Below are positions 18,144-28,390 of a DNA stretch of 64,000 nucleotides, piece by piece; the first letter of the stretch is position 1; the number at the start of each line of letters is the position of its first letter. Both the position numbers and the translations under genes were made by a program. The stretch lies in assembly GCA_963675295.2 (NCBI GenBank), contig CAXXKJ010000002.1, positions 2,784,001-2,848,000 of the forward strand, in the 5' to 3' direction. Source of the DNA: a bacterium. GTDB taxonomy: Bacteria > Electryoneota > Electryoneia > Electryoneales > Electryoneaceae. The notes beneath the pieces are model-generated. The model did no database searches. It saw only the letters and a program-made list of their open reading frames with translations, and was not told the DNA's origin.

Positions 18144-19754
18144 TCAAAATCTCACACCCAGTTCGAGATAGCTGCGGTTGCTGTTCTGCAGGTCGCCGGA
18201 GGTGTATTCGTGATACACCTGCCCGTACCACCGCTGCCCGAAGGTAAACGACACGCCCGGGCGAATCCAGAAATCCGTGTAGCTTTCGTTGGTCGAGTCG
18301 TAGTCGTAGACACGTGTGCCGGCATCCAGGTGAACACGCGCGCGGCGGTGCGGATACATCGCCAACCCGAGCGAGGGCTGATACCCGGTGCTGTATGGGT
18401 TGTTGTAGTAGGCCAGCCGTGCATTCAGTGATACACCGCTGCTGAACAGGTCACGGTGGCTGAGGCTGGCATGGCCGGTGTACGTGTCGTCGCCGCCGTC
18501 GCTACGGGTACGCATGTTACCCTGAACCGTGAAACGCAGGTCGCGGGTCAAACGCAGGGTTGTCCCCAAACGCCAGCCCTCACGGACTGCATCATCGAAC
18601 AGGCTGTCCGGGGTGTCTTTCGTTTCCCACGTGCGCAGTATCCGGCGGTTGTCGTACCCGACATCGAAACTGGCCACATCGACCGGCGAGTATCGCACGC
18701 TGAACAGGATGTTGTCTAATTCCAGCGACGATCCAGTCGCCTCTTCGCGCCAGCCACGGTTCACAGCCAGTTCCGCGCTCTCGTATACCGTCAGCGTGCG
18801 ACCCAACGAGTAGCGAATCTGCTGATACAGAAATTCCTCGTCGATTTCGCCCCGGCGGTACGATCCGGCAAACGCCAGCGAGGCGTCAATCCGCTGGGAC
18901 GACCAGTCGCCGCGTGTGTGCTGCACGAATACACCGGTCTTGACCTCGTCACTGTTGACGCGGCTGGTGGTCGGGTCCGGCCGCAATCCACCGAATGCAC
19001 CCACGGTCCAGCTTTCCGCGAAATCGTAATCGACATACGCGCCATCAAACACACCGATCCCGCTCACCGCCCGGGCGTACACCCGCCCGACACGATACCC
19101 CAATGCCGACGCCGGGTCATCATACTGCAACGATGCTTCATAGATCCGGTTGTTCCACGGATCCGGGTATGTTGATTCCGCCTTGCTGTCACGCAGCTGA
19201 TAGCGCGACCGTCCTCGCAACTCGAAGCGCAGCGCGGTGCCGAACAAATCGTCCATCCGCAGCCGGGCCGTTAAGCCCGGTTCTGCCAGGTCACGGTTGT
19301 TGTCGTCCGTGCCGGTGTACCGCAGCTGCAGGCCGATCCGTCCACGTATTGTCATCGGTTTCGCCTCGGCAACCGGACGAGTGGCGCTGGCTGGTGTGGA
19401 AGGTGTCGCCGGAGTCGCGGAGTAGACCGGCGACTCGTCGATCGGGTCGAGCAGGCGTTGCGGGACCGTGAAATGCACAAGATCGCCGACCTGAAGCTCG
19501 TCCAGATCACCCTCGATCAACTCACAGGACGCGGACGCATCAGCGGTGAACAAAACCCGTCCCAAGGCGATTTGCTCGTGATCACGCAACACCTGAACCG
19601 TATCGCCCACTGCGAGACCGGCATTTGAGCCCGAGCCAATGAAGAAGCCGTCCGCCGTGAGGTAGCTGATCGTGGTTTCGCCCAGCGGCGCGGTTGCGAA
19701 CGCGTACCCTGTAACCAGCAGCAGGAGTGCGAATAGCATCGTGAGCCGTTTCAT
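18144..19754 (-). CDS. Outer-membrane beta-barrel (porin-like) protein
   Basis: Signal peptide, small N-terminal domain, P/T/A linker, many amphipathic strands, terminal YLELGVRF. Confidence 0.78.
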   Translation of the reverse strand: MKRLTMLFALLLLVTGYAFATAPLGETTISYLTADGFFIGSGSNAGLAVGDTVQVLRDHEQIALGRVLFTADASASCELIEGDLDELQVGDLVHFTVPQRLLDPIDESPVYSATPATPSTPASATRPVAEAKPMTIRGRIGLQLRYTGTDDNNRDLAEPGLTARLRMDDLFGTALRFELRGRSRYQLRDSKAESTYPDPWNNRIYEASLQYDDPASALGYRVGRVYARAVSGIGVFDGAYVDYDFAESWTVGAFGGLRPDPTTSRVNSDEVKTGVFVQHTRGDWSSQRIDASLAFAGSYRRGEIDEEFLYQQIRYSLGRTLTVYESAELAVNRGWREEATGSSLELDNILFSVRYSPVDVASFDVGYDNRRILRTWETKDTPDSLFDDAVREGWRLGTTLRLTRDLRFTVQGNMRTRSDGGDDTYTGHASLSHRDLFSSGVSLNARLAYYNNPYSTGYQPSLGLAMYPHRRARVHLDAGTRVYDYDSTNESYTDFWIRPGVSFTFGQRWYGQVYHEYTSGDLQNSNRSYLELGVRF

Positions 19755-22700
19755 CAGCGCGCCCCCTTCCGTTCTTCATCAGGTTCAATCTGATCCGGGA
19801 ACAGGTTCGGCCCTTCATCGCCGTCCGGGTGACAGTTGTAGCACGCGAGGCTGTTGTACTGATAGCCCGGAACGTCGTCGTGCTCGTTGTCCATCGCACC
19901 CTGCAAGTGGCAGGTTAGACAGGTGAAGTCGGTGTAGTCGTTGGGGTTCGGATGACACTCGGAACACGAATCCCACTCCCCCTGATGCTCACCGCTGTAT
20001 ATCGGGAACCAGACGATGTGGTTGAACTGAGCGTCCTCCCAGTCGAACGTATTGTGGCACAGGTCGCAAGTTGTGGGGAACATCACCTGCTGATGGTTCG
20101 GATCGTTTGTCTGGTTGTAGTCGTCCTCATGGCAGAAGAAGCACTCGTCCGGCGTGCCGGTGTATTGCCCACCAACATGGCACAGTGTGCAGTCCAGCGT
20201 CAGGTGCTGGCCGGTGAGGTCGTAATCGGTCTGCTGGTTATGGTCGAACGTGGACGGTGTCCAGCCGTTGACCGAGTGGCAGATCGTGCAGTCGGTCCCG
20301 AACGAACCCGGATCGTGCGGCGGATCGGCGTTGTTGAAACTGCCCTCGTGGCACGCAAAGCAGGTGGACGGCGTCCCCTCGTACCCGTTTGTATGGCACA
20401 TCGAGCAATTCACGCCCGTGTGTTCACCCTCAAGCGGGAAGTCGGTCCACTGATCGTGGTCGAAGCTGTCCAGCGGCGTCCAGCTGGCCTGCGTATGGCA
20501 GGTGGTGCAAACCTGCGGGTAGCTGTTTGTGACGTGGTTCGGATCGCTGACACCGTTGTAGTTGCCCTCATGACACGCGAAGCACTCCGTCGGCGTGCCG
20601 GTGTAGCCTTCACTGTGACACAGATTGCAGTCGAGCGTGGTGTGCGCGCCGACCAACGGGAAGCCGGTGTTGTTGTGGTCGAAATCGGCGTCGTCCCAGT
20701 CGGACGTGTTGTGGCAGATGGTGCAGTCGTGCGGGTAGTTGTTCGCCAGATGGTCCGGGTCGTCCGCGTTGTTGTAATCGTCCTCATGGCACGCGAAACA
20801 CTCCGTCGGCGTGCCGGTGTAACCTTCACTATGGCACAGGTTGCAGTCGAGTGTCGTGTGCGCGCCGGTCAACGGGAAGTCGGTGTTGTTGTGGTCGAAA
20901 TCGGCGTCGTCCCAGTCGGTCGTGTTGTGGCAGATGGTGCAGTCGTGCGGGTAGTTGTTCGCCAGATGGTCCGGATCGTCCGCGTTGTTGTAATCGTCCT
21001 CATGGCACGCGAAGCATTCGGTCGGAGTGCCCGTGTAGCCGTCGGCGTGACACAGATTGCAGTCGAGCGTGGTGTGCGCACCGGTCAACGGGAAGTCGGT
21101 GGTGTTGTGATCAAAATCGGCATCGTCCCAGTCAGACGTGTTATGGCAGATGGTGCAGTCCGTCGGGTAGTTTCCGGCGAGGTGATCCGGGTCGTCGGCG
21201 TCGTTGTAGTCCTCTTCGTGACAACCGAAACAGGTTTCCGGCGTGGACGCGTACTGCCCGTCGATATGGCAGTCGGCACAATTCAGCTCGGTGTGCGAGC
21301 CGTTGATCACGAACTGGGTTTGCGTGTCATGGTCGAAGGTGGACGGCGTCCAGCCCTCAATCGTGTGGCAGACTTCGCAATCGTTGCCGAATGATTCCGC
21401 TTCATGCGGCGGCACGGCTTGATCGAAGTCGTCCTGATGGCAGCTGATGCACGCGGGGTCGGTGTTGGCGTAGCCGTCGGCGTGGCAATCAACACAGGTC
21501 AGTCCGGCGTGTCCACCGATCAACGGGAATCCGGTCTGAACGTCATGTGGGAAGTCGTCATCATCGACATCCTCCCAATCGATCTGGTTGTGGCACTCGG
21601 TGCAGTCGGTCGGGTAGTTGTTCGCCGCGTGGTCGGGGTCGTCCGTGTTGTTGTAGTCGTCCTCATGGCAACCGAAGCAGGTCACCGGGGTGTTCACGTA
21701 CTGGCCATCGATATGGCAGTCGGCGCAATCGAGTTCGGTATGCGCCCCTTCGACGAGGAAATCGGTGTCCTGATCGTGATCGAAGCTGGACTGTTCCCAC
21801 GTTTGCGTGTCATGGCACAGCAGGCAGTCGAAATCGAACGAATCCGGATTATGGATTGGCTCGGTTGCGTCTTCGTAATCCACCTGATGGCAGGCGTAGC
21901 AGTCCGTTGGCGTATTGACATAGCCGTCAACGTGGCAATCGGCGCAATCGGTTTCGAGATGCGCGCCAGTCAGCGGAAATTCAGTCGCCTGGTGATCAAA
22001 CTCTGCCTCTTCCCAGTCGACGGGTGTGTGGCAAACTTCGCAGTCGGTTGGATACCCTTCGGCGGTGTGATCCGGATCGTCCGTATCGTTGTAGTCTTCC
22101 AGGTGGCAATCGAAGCACGCGTCCGGCAGGCCAACGTACACGTTGTTCAAGTGACACTGGGAACACTCGGCCTCACGGTGTCCGCCGACCAGCGGATACA
22201 TCGTGTCCGCATCATGGTCAAAGCCCGGCGCCGGAGACCAGCCGTCCGTGGTGTGGCAAATCGAGCAGTCGGACGCGAAGCTCGCCGGATTGTGCGGCGG
22301 ATTCGTCGCGCCGTCGTAATCGTCCTGATGGCAGCCGTTGCAGGCGGTCGGTGTGCCGGCATAACCAGCTGTGTGGCACTCGTTGCAATTCACCTCGCGG
22401 TGTTCGCCGGTGAGGTCGAAACCCGTGGTAGAGTGGTTGAAATCGTCCGCATCGTCCCAGTCATCGATGGTGTGGCAGATCGAGCAGTCGGTCGGGAAAC
22501 CGGCCTGCGCGTGGTTCGGGTCATCGGTTCGGTTGTAATCGTCTGCGTGGCAGGAATAACATTCGCTCGAGGTTTCAGCATAATTGCTGCCCGGTGCATG
22601 GCACGCCTGGCAGTCAAACACACGGTGCCCGCGCACGAGCGGGAAGTCCGGCGTATGGTCAAAGTCGACAATGCTCCCAGCCCAATCGACAGACACCAGT

Positions 22701-23263
22701 CCGTGGCACTCGTCGCACGTTGTACTGAATCCCGCCCCGGCATGGTCCGGGTTGTTCGCGTGATAGTAGTCATCCAGATGGCAGCCGGCGCAGTTGAGTG
22801 ACGCCTCGGCGTAGTTGCCGTCGGCGTGGCAGGCCGTGCACGCCAGGCCATCATGAGCACCGGTCAACGCGAACCGCGTCTGCTGGTGCATTTCCCGAAA
22901 GTGGGCTTCGTCGAACCAACCCTCGGGACTGTGGCATTGGCTACAGTCGTGCGTGAACTGTCCGGAATGGACATCCACATGGCAGTCGAAACACTGTGAG
23001 GACGCCTGCCGAAATTCGAGGGATTCATGGCAGAACTGGCAATCGACCTGCTCATGCCGTCCTTCCAGCGGGAAGGTGGTGGAATTGTGATCAAATTCCA
23101 GCGGCGCTTTCAGTTCGCTCCAGCCCTCAACCACATGGCACAACGAACAGTCGAGATCGAAGTCGTCGCCGTGCGGCATCGTCTGCACCGTTGCTCCCGG
23201 CACCGATCCGGCGAGGATCAGCAGCATCGCCAACAGCAGAAACAGCGTTCGGTCAACTCTCAT
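19754..23263 (-). CDS. Giant multiheme c-type cytochrome (46 CxxCH by manual count)
   Basis: Signal peptide from MRVDRT; about 72-aa triheme repeats; ATGA overlap with the upstream cytochrome. Confidence 0.93.
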   Translation of the reverse strand: MRVDRTLFLLLAMLLILAGSVPGATVQTMPHGDDFDLDCSLCHVVEGWSELKAPLEFDHNSTTFPLEGRHEQVDCQFCHESLEFRQASSQCFDCHVDVHSGQFTHDCSQCHSPEGWFDEAHFREMHQQTRFALTGAHDGLACTACHADGNYAEASLNCAGCHLDDYYHANNPDHAGAGFSTTCDECHGLVSVDWAGSIVDFDHTPDFPLVRGHRVFDCQACHAPGSNYAETSSECYSCHADDYNRTDDPNHAQAGFPTDCSICHTIDDWDDADDFNHSTTGFDLTGEHREVNCNECHTAGYAGTPTACNGCHQDDYDGATNPPHNPASFASDCSICHTTDGWSPAPGFDHDADTMYPLVGGHREAECSQCHLNNVYVGLPDACFDCHLEDYNDTDDPDHTAEGYPTDCEVCHTPVDWEEAEFDHQATEFPLTGAHLETDCADCHVDGYVNTPTDCYACHQVDYEDATEPIHNPDSFDFDCLLCHDTQTWEQSSFDHDQDTDFLVEGAHTELDCADCHIDGQYVNTPVTCFGCHEDDYNNTDDPDHAANNYPTDCTECHNQIDWEDVDDDDFPHDVQTGFPLIGGHAGLTCVDCHADGYANTDPACISCHQDDFDQAVPPHEAESFGNDCEVCHTIEGWTPSTFDHDTQTQFVINGSHTELNCADCHIDGQYASTPETCFGCHEEDYNDADDPDHLAGNYPTDCTICHNTSDWDDADFDHNTTDFPLTGAHTTLDCNLCHADGYTGTPTECFACHEDDYNNADDPDHLANNYPHDCTICHNTTDWDDADFDHNNTDFPLTGAHTTLDCNLCHSEGYTGTPTECFACHEDDYNNADDPDHLANNYPHDCTICHNTSDWDDADFDHNNTGFPLVGAHTTLDCNLCHSEGYTGTPTECFACHEGNYNGVSDPNHVTNSYPQVCTTCHTQASWTPLDSFDHDQWTDFPLEGEHTGVNCSMCHTNGYEGTPSTCFACHEGSFNNADPPHDPGSFGTDCTICHSVNGWTPSTFDHNQQTDYDLTGQHLTLDCTLCHVGGQYTGTPDECFFCHEDDYNQTNDPNHQQVMFPTTCDLCHNTFDWEDAQFNHIVWFPIYSGEHQGEWDSCSECHPNPNDYTDFTCLTCHLQGAMDNEHDDVPGYQYNSLACYNCHPDGDEGPNLFPDQIEPDEERKGAR
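20568..21200 (-). repeat. About three near-identical 216-bp intragenic repeats
   Basis: TTGCAGTCGAG occurs at 20625, 20841 and 21057. Confidence 0.88.
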
Positions 23264-25002
23264 CCATCCCTCCCGGGACGTTCCGGTTGATTTCCATGGC
23301 AGGCGCTGCACTCACGGTTCAGGCCCGCGTATTGGATGACATCCCTATCGCCAACCTGCGTCGGCTTGTGGCACAGATTGCAGGCCACATTTTCATGCCC
23401 GCCGGTGAGCGGGAAATTGGTATCACGATTGTGCACGAACAGCAAATCCGTCCAGCCGCTCGGGATATGGCACTGCTCGCAACCGTCGGACGCGACAATC
23501 TCCGCGAACTGGGCGGCGTGCGGATCGTCATGGCACGCCGCGCAGGTACGTTCCAGCGGCTTCATCCACACCAGTTCCTCGCCGGCGTCTGTCTCGATCC
23601 AGTGGCACTTGAGGCAGAGGATCTCGCGATGCTTTCCCTGCAACGGGAATCGCGCGAGGTTGTGATCGAAGCTGGTGCGGCTCCACGTGCTGGTGTTGTG
23701 GCAGAATTCGCAGCCGTTTTTGTCGATCCAGATGTCGAGTTGGCTGCGATGGATGTCGTCGTGGCACGCCTGGCAGCGCGTCGACTCGAAGGTGAAGGTC
23801 GCGTACGAATCGCCCGTGTCGTCCATCTTCTGCACATGGCACAGCGCGCAGGGTATCGCGCGGTGGCTGCCGGTCAGTGCGAAGTCTGTCTGCTTGTGTT
23901 CGCTGAGACTGAAGGTGGTCCTGTGGAATGGACGTTCGACACTGTGGCAGGCATCGCAGGCACCACCGTCCGCACGATCCGTGAACTGGCCGCGGTGCTC
24001 GTCCTCGTGGCAATCCCGGCAACGGTCGTACGCCAATGGTTCGGTCATCGAGCCGCTGGTGTGGCAATTAAGGCACTGGACCTGCTGATGCAGGCCAAGG
24101 AGCGGAAACTCAGTTCGGCTGTGGTCAAACTCGCCGGACGCCGTCGCGGACTGGAACCCGGCTGTCGTGTGGCAACGGCTGCAGTCGGCACCGAACCGTC
24201 CTTTGTGCACGTCCTCATGGCAAGCGGCGCAACTGGCATACGACAGGCCTGCGTACTGCGCGTAGCTGTCAGGACTGTTTTTGTCCACGATCATTCCGGC
24301 GGAGTGAGACGTGCGCGGTAAAGCGGCGTGGCATTTGACGCACTCGAGGTCCGTGTGACGACCGGTCAGCGCGTACTCGGTGTCACGCGAGTGGTCGAAT
24401 CCGGGAGCGGGCTTCCATGCCTGCTGGGTGTGACAACTGGTGCAGGTATTTGTCAACTGGTCGGCGTGTTCATCTTCGTGGCAGCTGACGCATTGAGAAT
24501 CCAAGCCGAGGAAGGTGCTTTCCTCGTTGACGACGTTCTCCGCAGAGAAGGCGTCCTCGGTGTGAAATCGCGGCTGATGGCATTCGCGACAGTCGAGATT
24601 CTGATGGGCGCCGGAGAATGTCCAGCCGGTTAACCCGTGGTCAAACTCGCTCTGACCGGACGGCCAGTAGATCAGTTCATGGTCGCGGCCGTGATGTTCT
24701 GAATGGCAGGTGGTACAGGCTTCGCCCTGAACCTCGGAGCTGGCGTGGTAGCCTTGCCCGGCGTCGATGCGAGAGTTCAGGGTTGTATGACAGGTGAGGC
24801 ACTTGTCGCCAACAACCGCCTGACCCAGTTCGTGACACTGGGTGCATTTCGTTATGCCTTCAAGGGATTCATGCGCGGCGGACAGCTTGCCGGGAGAGAT
24901 CTGAGCTGATGCAAAATCAGCTGCAACGCTGAAGAAAATCAGCAAAGCGAACACGTACAGGATGCAACGGCTGCGCTTGGGGGTGAACGTTGCCGGTTTC
25001 AC
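23260..25002 (-). CDS. Multiheme c-type cytochrome (20 CxxCH by manual count)
   Basis: Signal peptide, then QISPGKLSAAH and FDH...FPLxGxH-type repeats. Confidence 0.93.
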   Translation of the reverse strand: MKPATFTPKRSRCILYVFALLIFFSVAADFASAQISPGKLSAAHESLEGITKCTQCHELGQAVVGDKCLTCHTTLNSRIDAGQGYHASSEVQGEACTTCHSEHHGRDHELIYWPSGQSEFDHGLTGWTFSGAHQNLDCRECHQPRFHTEDAFSAENVVNEESTFLGLDSQCVSCHEDEHADQLTNTCTSCHTQQAWKPAPGFDHSRDTEYALTGRHTDLECVKCHAALPRTSHSAGMIVDKNSPDSYAQYAGLSYASCAACHEDVHKGRFGADCSRCHTTAGFQSATASGEFDHSRTEFPLLGLHQQVQCLNCHTSGSMTEPLAYDRCRDCHEDEHRGQFTDRADGGACDACHSVERPFHRTTFSLSEHKQTDFALTGSHRAIPCALCHVQKMDDTGDSYATFTFESTRCQACHDDIHRSQLDIWIDKNGCEFCHNTSTWSRTSFDHNLARFPLQGKHREILCLKCHWIETDAGEELVWMKPLERTCAACHDDPHAAQFAEIVASDGCEQCHIPSGWTDLLFVHNRDTNFPLTGGHENVACNLCHKPTQVGDRDVIQYAGLNRECSACHGNQPERPGRDG

Positions 25003-25080
25003 AAAGTGTCTCGATCAGGTCGCTGTTGACTTGTTGCAAAAACTACATAAGTTTGCACCAGTGTGCCAATGATGAAACCG

Positions 25081-26388
25081 CTAAACCTCCCCAAACTTTC
25101 GCGTGAATTCGATCCCGATGCTCTGGAGGAATTCGGTGGGCAGAACACCGCCAGCGAACACAAATACCTGGTCATTGGCCAGTTCCTGTTCATCATCTCC
25201 GACACGAAGCAGCGCCTTGCCGGGCTCCAGTTTTAACACCTCCGAACTGTAAAGCGGGTGAACTTCGCCGGAGGCAATGGATCTCTCCAGGCGTTCCGCG
25301 TTCTTCTCCTTGATCCGGAAGATCTTGTCCCGCCGGTAGCTCAGATGGACTGTTGTACCGGGCTGTTCACCGAGGGACACGGCCGCTTCCACCGCGCTGT
25401 CGCCACCTCCAACCACGAGGATTTTCTTGTCTGCGAAGTGTTCGGGATCCATCAACCGGTAGTATACGCGCGGCGACTCTTCGCCGGGAATACCCAGCTT
25501 GCGGGGGGTCCCGCGTCGGCCGATCGCCAGCAGAACACGCCGGGCATGGTACTCCTGTTTGCTGGTGACAACCCGGAAATGGCCGTTTTCACGGCTGACA
25601 CTCTCGCATTTTTCCCCAGTCTGAACCGTCAGGTCGGTTTTCTGGAACACGGACTGGAACGTACTGAGCAGATTCTCCTTCTCCACTTCCCGCACCTTGA
25701 TCGTGCCGTAGCCGGGCAGCTCCAGCGGCTGAGTCATCACCAGCTTGCGGCGCGGATACGAGAGGATCGTGCCACCGAGATCGTCCTGGTCGATGGTGAC
25801 AAACCGCAGTCCCTCTTCTTTCGCCTGCAACGATGCCGCGATCCCCGCCGGACCCGAGCCGACAATCAGCAGGTCGAGCAGATCCTGACCGTCCTCGCGT
25901 TCGAGGCTCTTCACGATGTACTCGGTTGCCTGCCGGCCCTGAGTCACTGCATTGCGGATCAAGCCCATCCCGCCCAGCTCACCGGCGATGTAAACACCCG
26001 GAACATTGGTCTCGAACGTACCCTTCAGGTGTGGAATGTCGACTCCGCGCTTTTCGGTGCCGAAGACGAGCGTGATTGCGTTCACCGGGCACGCAGCCTG
26101 GCACAACCCATGCCCGATGCAGTTGGACGGACTGATCAGCTTGCCGGCATTGTCAATCAGGCCGAGCACGTTCTGTTCCGGACACGCACGCACGCATGCC
26201 CCCGACCCGATGCAGATGTTCGGGTCGATCACCGGGTGCAGCGAAACCGGCTGGTCACGGCCACTCTCGACCGCCTTGGTCAACGTTTCCGCAGCACGCT
26301 TGCTCTTGCTTCGTTCGCGATACCAGTAGATGCCGGGAATCAGCACAACCAGCATTCCAACAGCGACGTAAATGAGGGTCTCTAGCAT
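25081..26388 (-). CDS. Membrane-anchored ferredoxin-fused FAD/NAD(P)-dependent oxidoreductase (TrxB/FNR-like)
   Basis: N-terminal TM helix; CIGSGACVRACP and CIGHGLCQAACP; ETNVPGVYIAGE; GSGPAG; GGGDSA; SYRR. Confidence 0.88.
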   Translation of the reverse strand: MLETLIYVAVGMLVVLIPGIYWYRERSKSKRAAETLTKAVESGRDQPVSLHPVIDPNICIGSGACVRACPEQNVLGLIDNAGKLISPSNCIGHGLCQAACPVNAITLVFGTEKRGVDIPHLKGTFETNVPGVYIAGELGGMGLIRNAVTQGRQATEYIVKSLEREDGQDLLDLLIVGSGPAGIAASLQAKEEGLRFVTIDQDDLGGTILSYPRRKLVMTQPLELPGYGTIKVREVEKENLLSTFQSVFQKTDLTVQTGEKCESVSRENGHFRVVTSKQEYHARRVLLAIGRRGTPRKLGIPGEESPRVYYRLMDPEHFADKKILVVGGGDSAVEAAVSLGEQPGTTVHLSYRRDKIFRIKEKNAERLERSIASGEVHPLYSSEVLKLEPGKALLRVGDDEQELANDQVFVFAGGVLPTEFLQSIGIEFTRKFGEV

Positions 26389-26784
26389 CGGGATGATCTG
26401 CGCGTTTTACAGTGGATCAGCTGATGTTGTATCACATACGTGATGAATGTACTCAAAGCCTGTTGGAAATTAAACTCTTGTGACAGATGGCCACAACTCG
26501 AATCCGCCATGGCCGTTTCCGTTCCACTATCCGTCCACACCACTGTCCTCTGCAAAAAACCGGCTGCTGAATGATCTCCAGTTTATGCAAAAGATACACG
26601 AAATGATGCTGCCCAGCGGATGCGCCAGCCTTGGCGGTCTGCTCTCACAAAATTCGGCAATATGACAGGATTTCGCGTTTTCGTGCGGCGTTCTGAATAC
26701 ATTGAATTTGATGTGGTTGATTCCAATTCGCCACAGAGTGCCTCGATTGGGGCATGAGGGTAGTTTTCGACATGGGGGGAAGCG

Positions 26785-28350
26785 ATGAAGACGATAGCTG
26801 CGATCTTGATTGTGCTGTGCGTGGCGTGTGTCGTCAACGCACAGTGGGCACAATGGACGCCGATGAACGCCAGCCGCTACGGTCTCGACGCCATTGAGTA
26901 CAACGGGGATATTTATGCTGTTGGCGGCATGGATAACCTGGTCCCCGTAACGACAATGGAGCGGTATTCGGGTGGAACCTGGACCTATCTGGCCAATCTT
27001 CCCGTCGCGCAGGGCTATCTGTGCGCAGCATTGGTTGGTGACAAGATTTACAGCTTCGGCGGCTACGGCCCGTTGAGCACAATTCAAATCTATGACATTC
27101 CATCGAATACCTGGTCTACGAGCCCGGCTGTGTTGCCAATTCCATTGTATTGGGCGACTGCGGAAACTGTGGGGAAACACGTGTACGTGATCGGCGGGTA
27201 CACGGTTCCGGGAGGCGCTCAAGACGATGTGTATATCCTGAACACGACGACCAATTCATGGACCATGGGAACTCCCTGTCCGGTAACGTTGCAGGGCTGC
27301 ACATCGGTCATCTATAACGGGTATATCTACGTTTTCAGCTACAATGGGGACTACAAGTACAACTACACGACCGACACCTGGACCTCTATCGCAAACCGGA
27401 CCTACCTGACCCGAGGCGCTTCAGCGGAAGTCATCAACGACGCCATCTATGTGATCGGCGGCCATTTCGGTAACATTTACGAAGCTGAAGACTATACCCA
27501 GATCTACGACACCGCTTCAGATTACTGGACTATGGGTCCGGATATGATTTTCGCGCGCTATCACCTCGCGTCCGCTTATGTGAACGACTACCTGTACAGT
27601 ATCGGTGGACGTGATGCGAACGGAGGTTCAAACAACTGGGTGGAACGGCTGTATGTGATGGGTGGACCGCCGATGCTTGAGCTCAGCATGACACCGATAA
27701 CAGCCAACATTCCTGCGGGCGGAGGTATGTTCCGTTATATCGCCTATGTGACCAACAATACGGGCAGCCTGCTTGTCCGTGATGCCTGGACGTATGTGCG
27801 TCTTCCCGGAGGCGCATTCTACGGTCCCCTGATGACGAGGACTGTCAACCTGCCACCGGGATTGGTTACGGCGCCCAATCTTCGTGAAGCGATTCCGGGC
27901 TATGCACCACCTGGTGAGTACACGTTCCATGGATACGTCGGAACGTTCGTACCGTGGATTGTCGATGCGACCAACACATGCTACTTCACCAAATTGACGA
28001 CCGGACCCGGGAATGTGGATGAGTGGTTCGGAACGGAGTGGGAATTCACATCAGATGCGAACCGGATGACGGTTGAGCGGCCATCGGAATACACGATGGT
28101 AACCGCCTATCCGAACCCGTTCAATGCCTCAACTGTTGTCACGGTAAATCTGCCGGAACCATCTGAGCTGACGGTGACGGTTTTCAACGCTGCCGGCCAG
28201 ACTATCGCCGAGCTGGCGAGTGGATCGTACACTGCTGGGATAAACCACTTCACATTTGACGCTTCAGGACTTGCAAGTGGCTTGTACTTCATCCACGCCA
28301 CAGTACCCGGTCACCTGAACAAGTTCCAAAAGGTGATGCTGGTACGCTGA
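26785..28350 (+). CDS. Secreted Kelch-repeat protein with T9SS-type CTD
   Basis: Signal peptide; about six Kelch repeats (IYAVGG, IYSFGG, VYVIGG, ...); YPNPFN...QKVMLVR. Confidence 0.88.
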   Translation: MKTIAAILIVLCVACVVNAQWAQWTPMNASRYGLDAIEYNGDIYAVGGMDNLVPVTTMERYSGGTWTYLANLPVAQGYLCAALVGDKIYSFGGYGPLSTIQIYDIPSNTWSTSPAVLPIPLYWATAETVGKHVYVIGGYTVPGGAQDDVYILNTTTNSWTMGTPCPVTLQGCTSVIYNGYIYVFSYNGDYKYNYTTDTWTSIANRTYLTRGASAEVINDAIYVIGGHFGNIYEAEDYTQIYDTASDYWTMGPDMIFARYHLASAYVNDYLYSIGGRDANGGSNNWVERLYVMGGPPMLELSMTPITANIPAGGGMFRYIAYVTNNTGSLLVRDAWTYVRLPGGAFYGPLMTRTVNLPPGLVTAPNLREAIPGYAPPGEYTFHGYVGTFVPWIVDATNTCYFTKLTTGPGNVDEWFGTEWEFTSDANRMTVERPSEYTMVTAYPNPFNASTVVTVNLPEPSELTVTVFNAAGQTIAELASGSYTAGINHFTFDASGLASGLYFIHATVPGHLNKFQKVMLVR

Positions 28351-28390
28351 CAGTGTCCTGACAGTTGACGGTTCGGCTTTGTTCTGAAGT

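Noticed and set aside
19952-24321. Long plus-strand ORFs (480, 465 and 441 aa)
   Set aside because: Antisense to the multiheme cytochromes; their repetitiveness mirrors the heme repeats.
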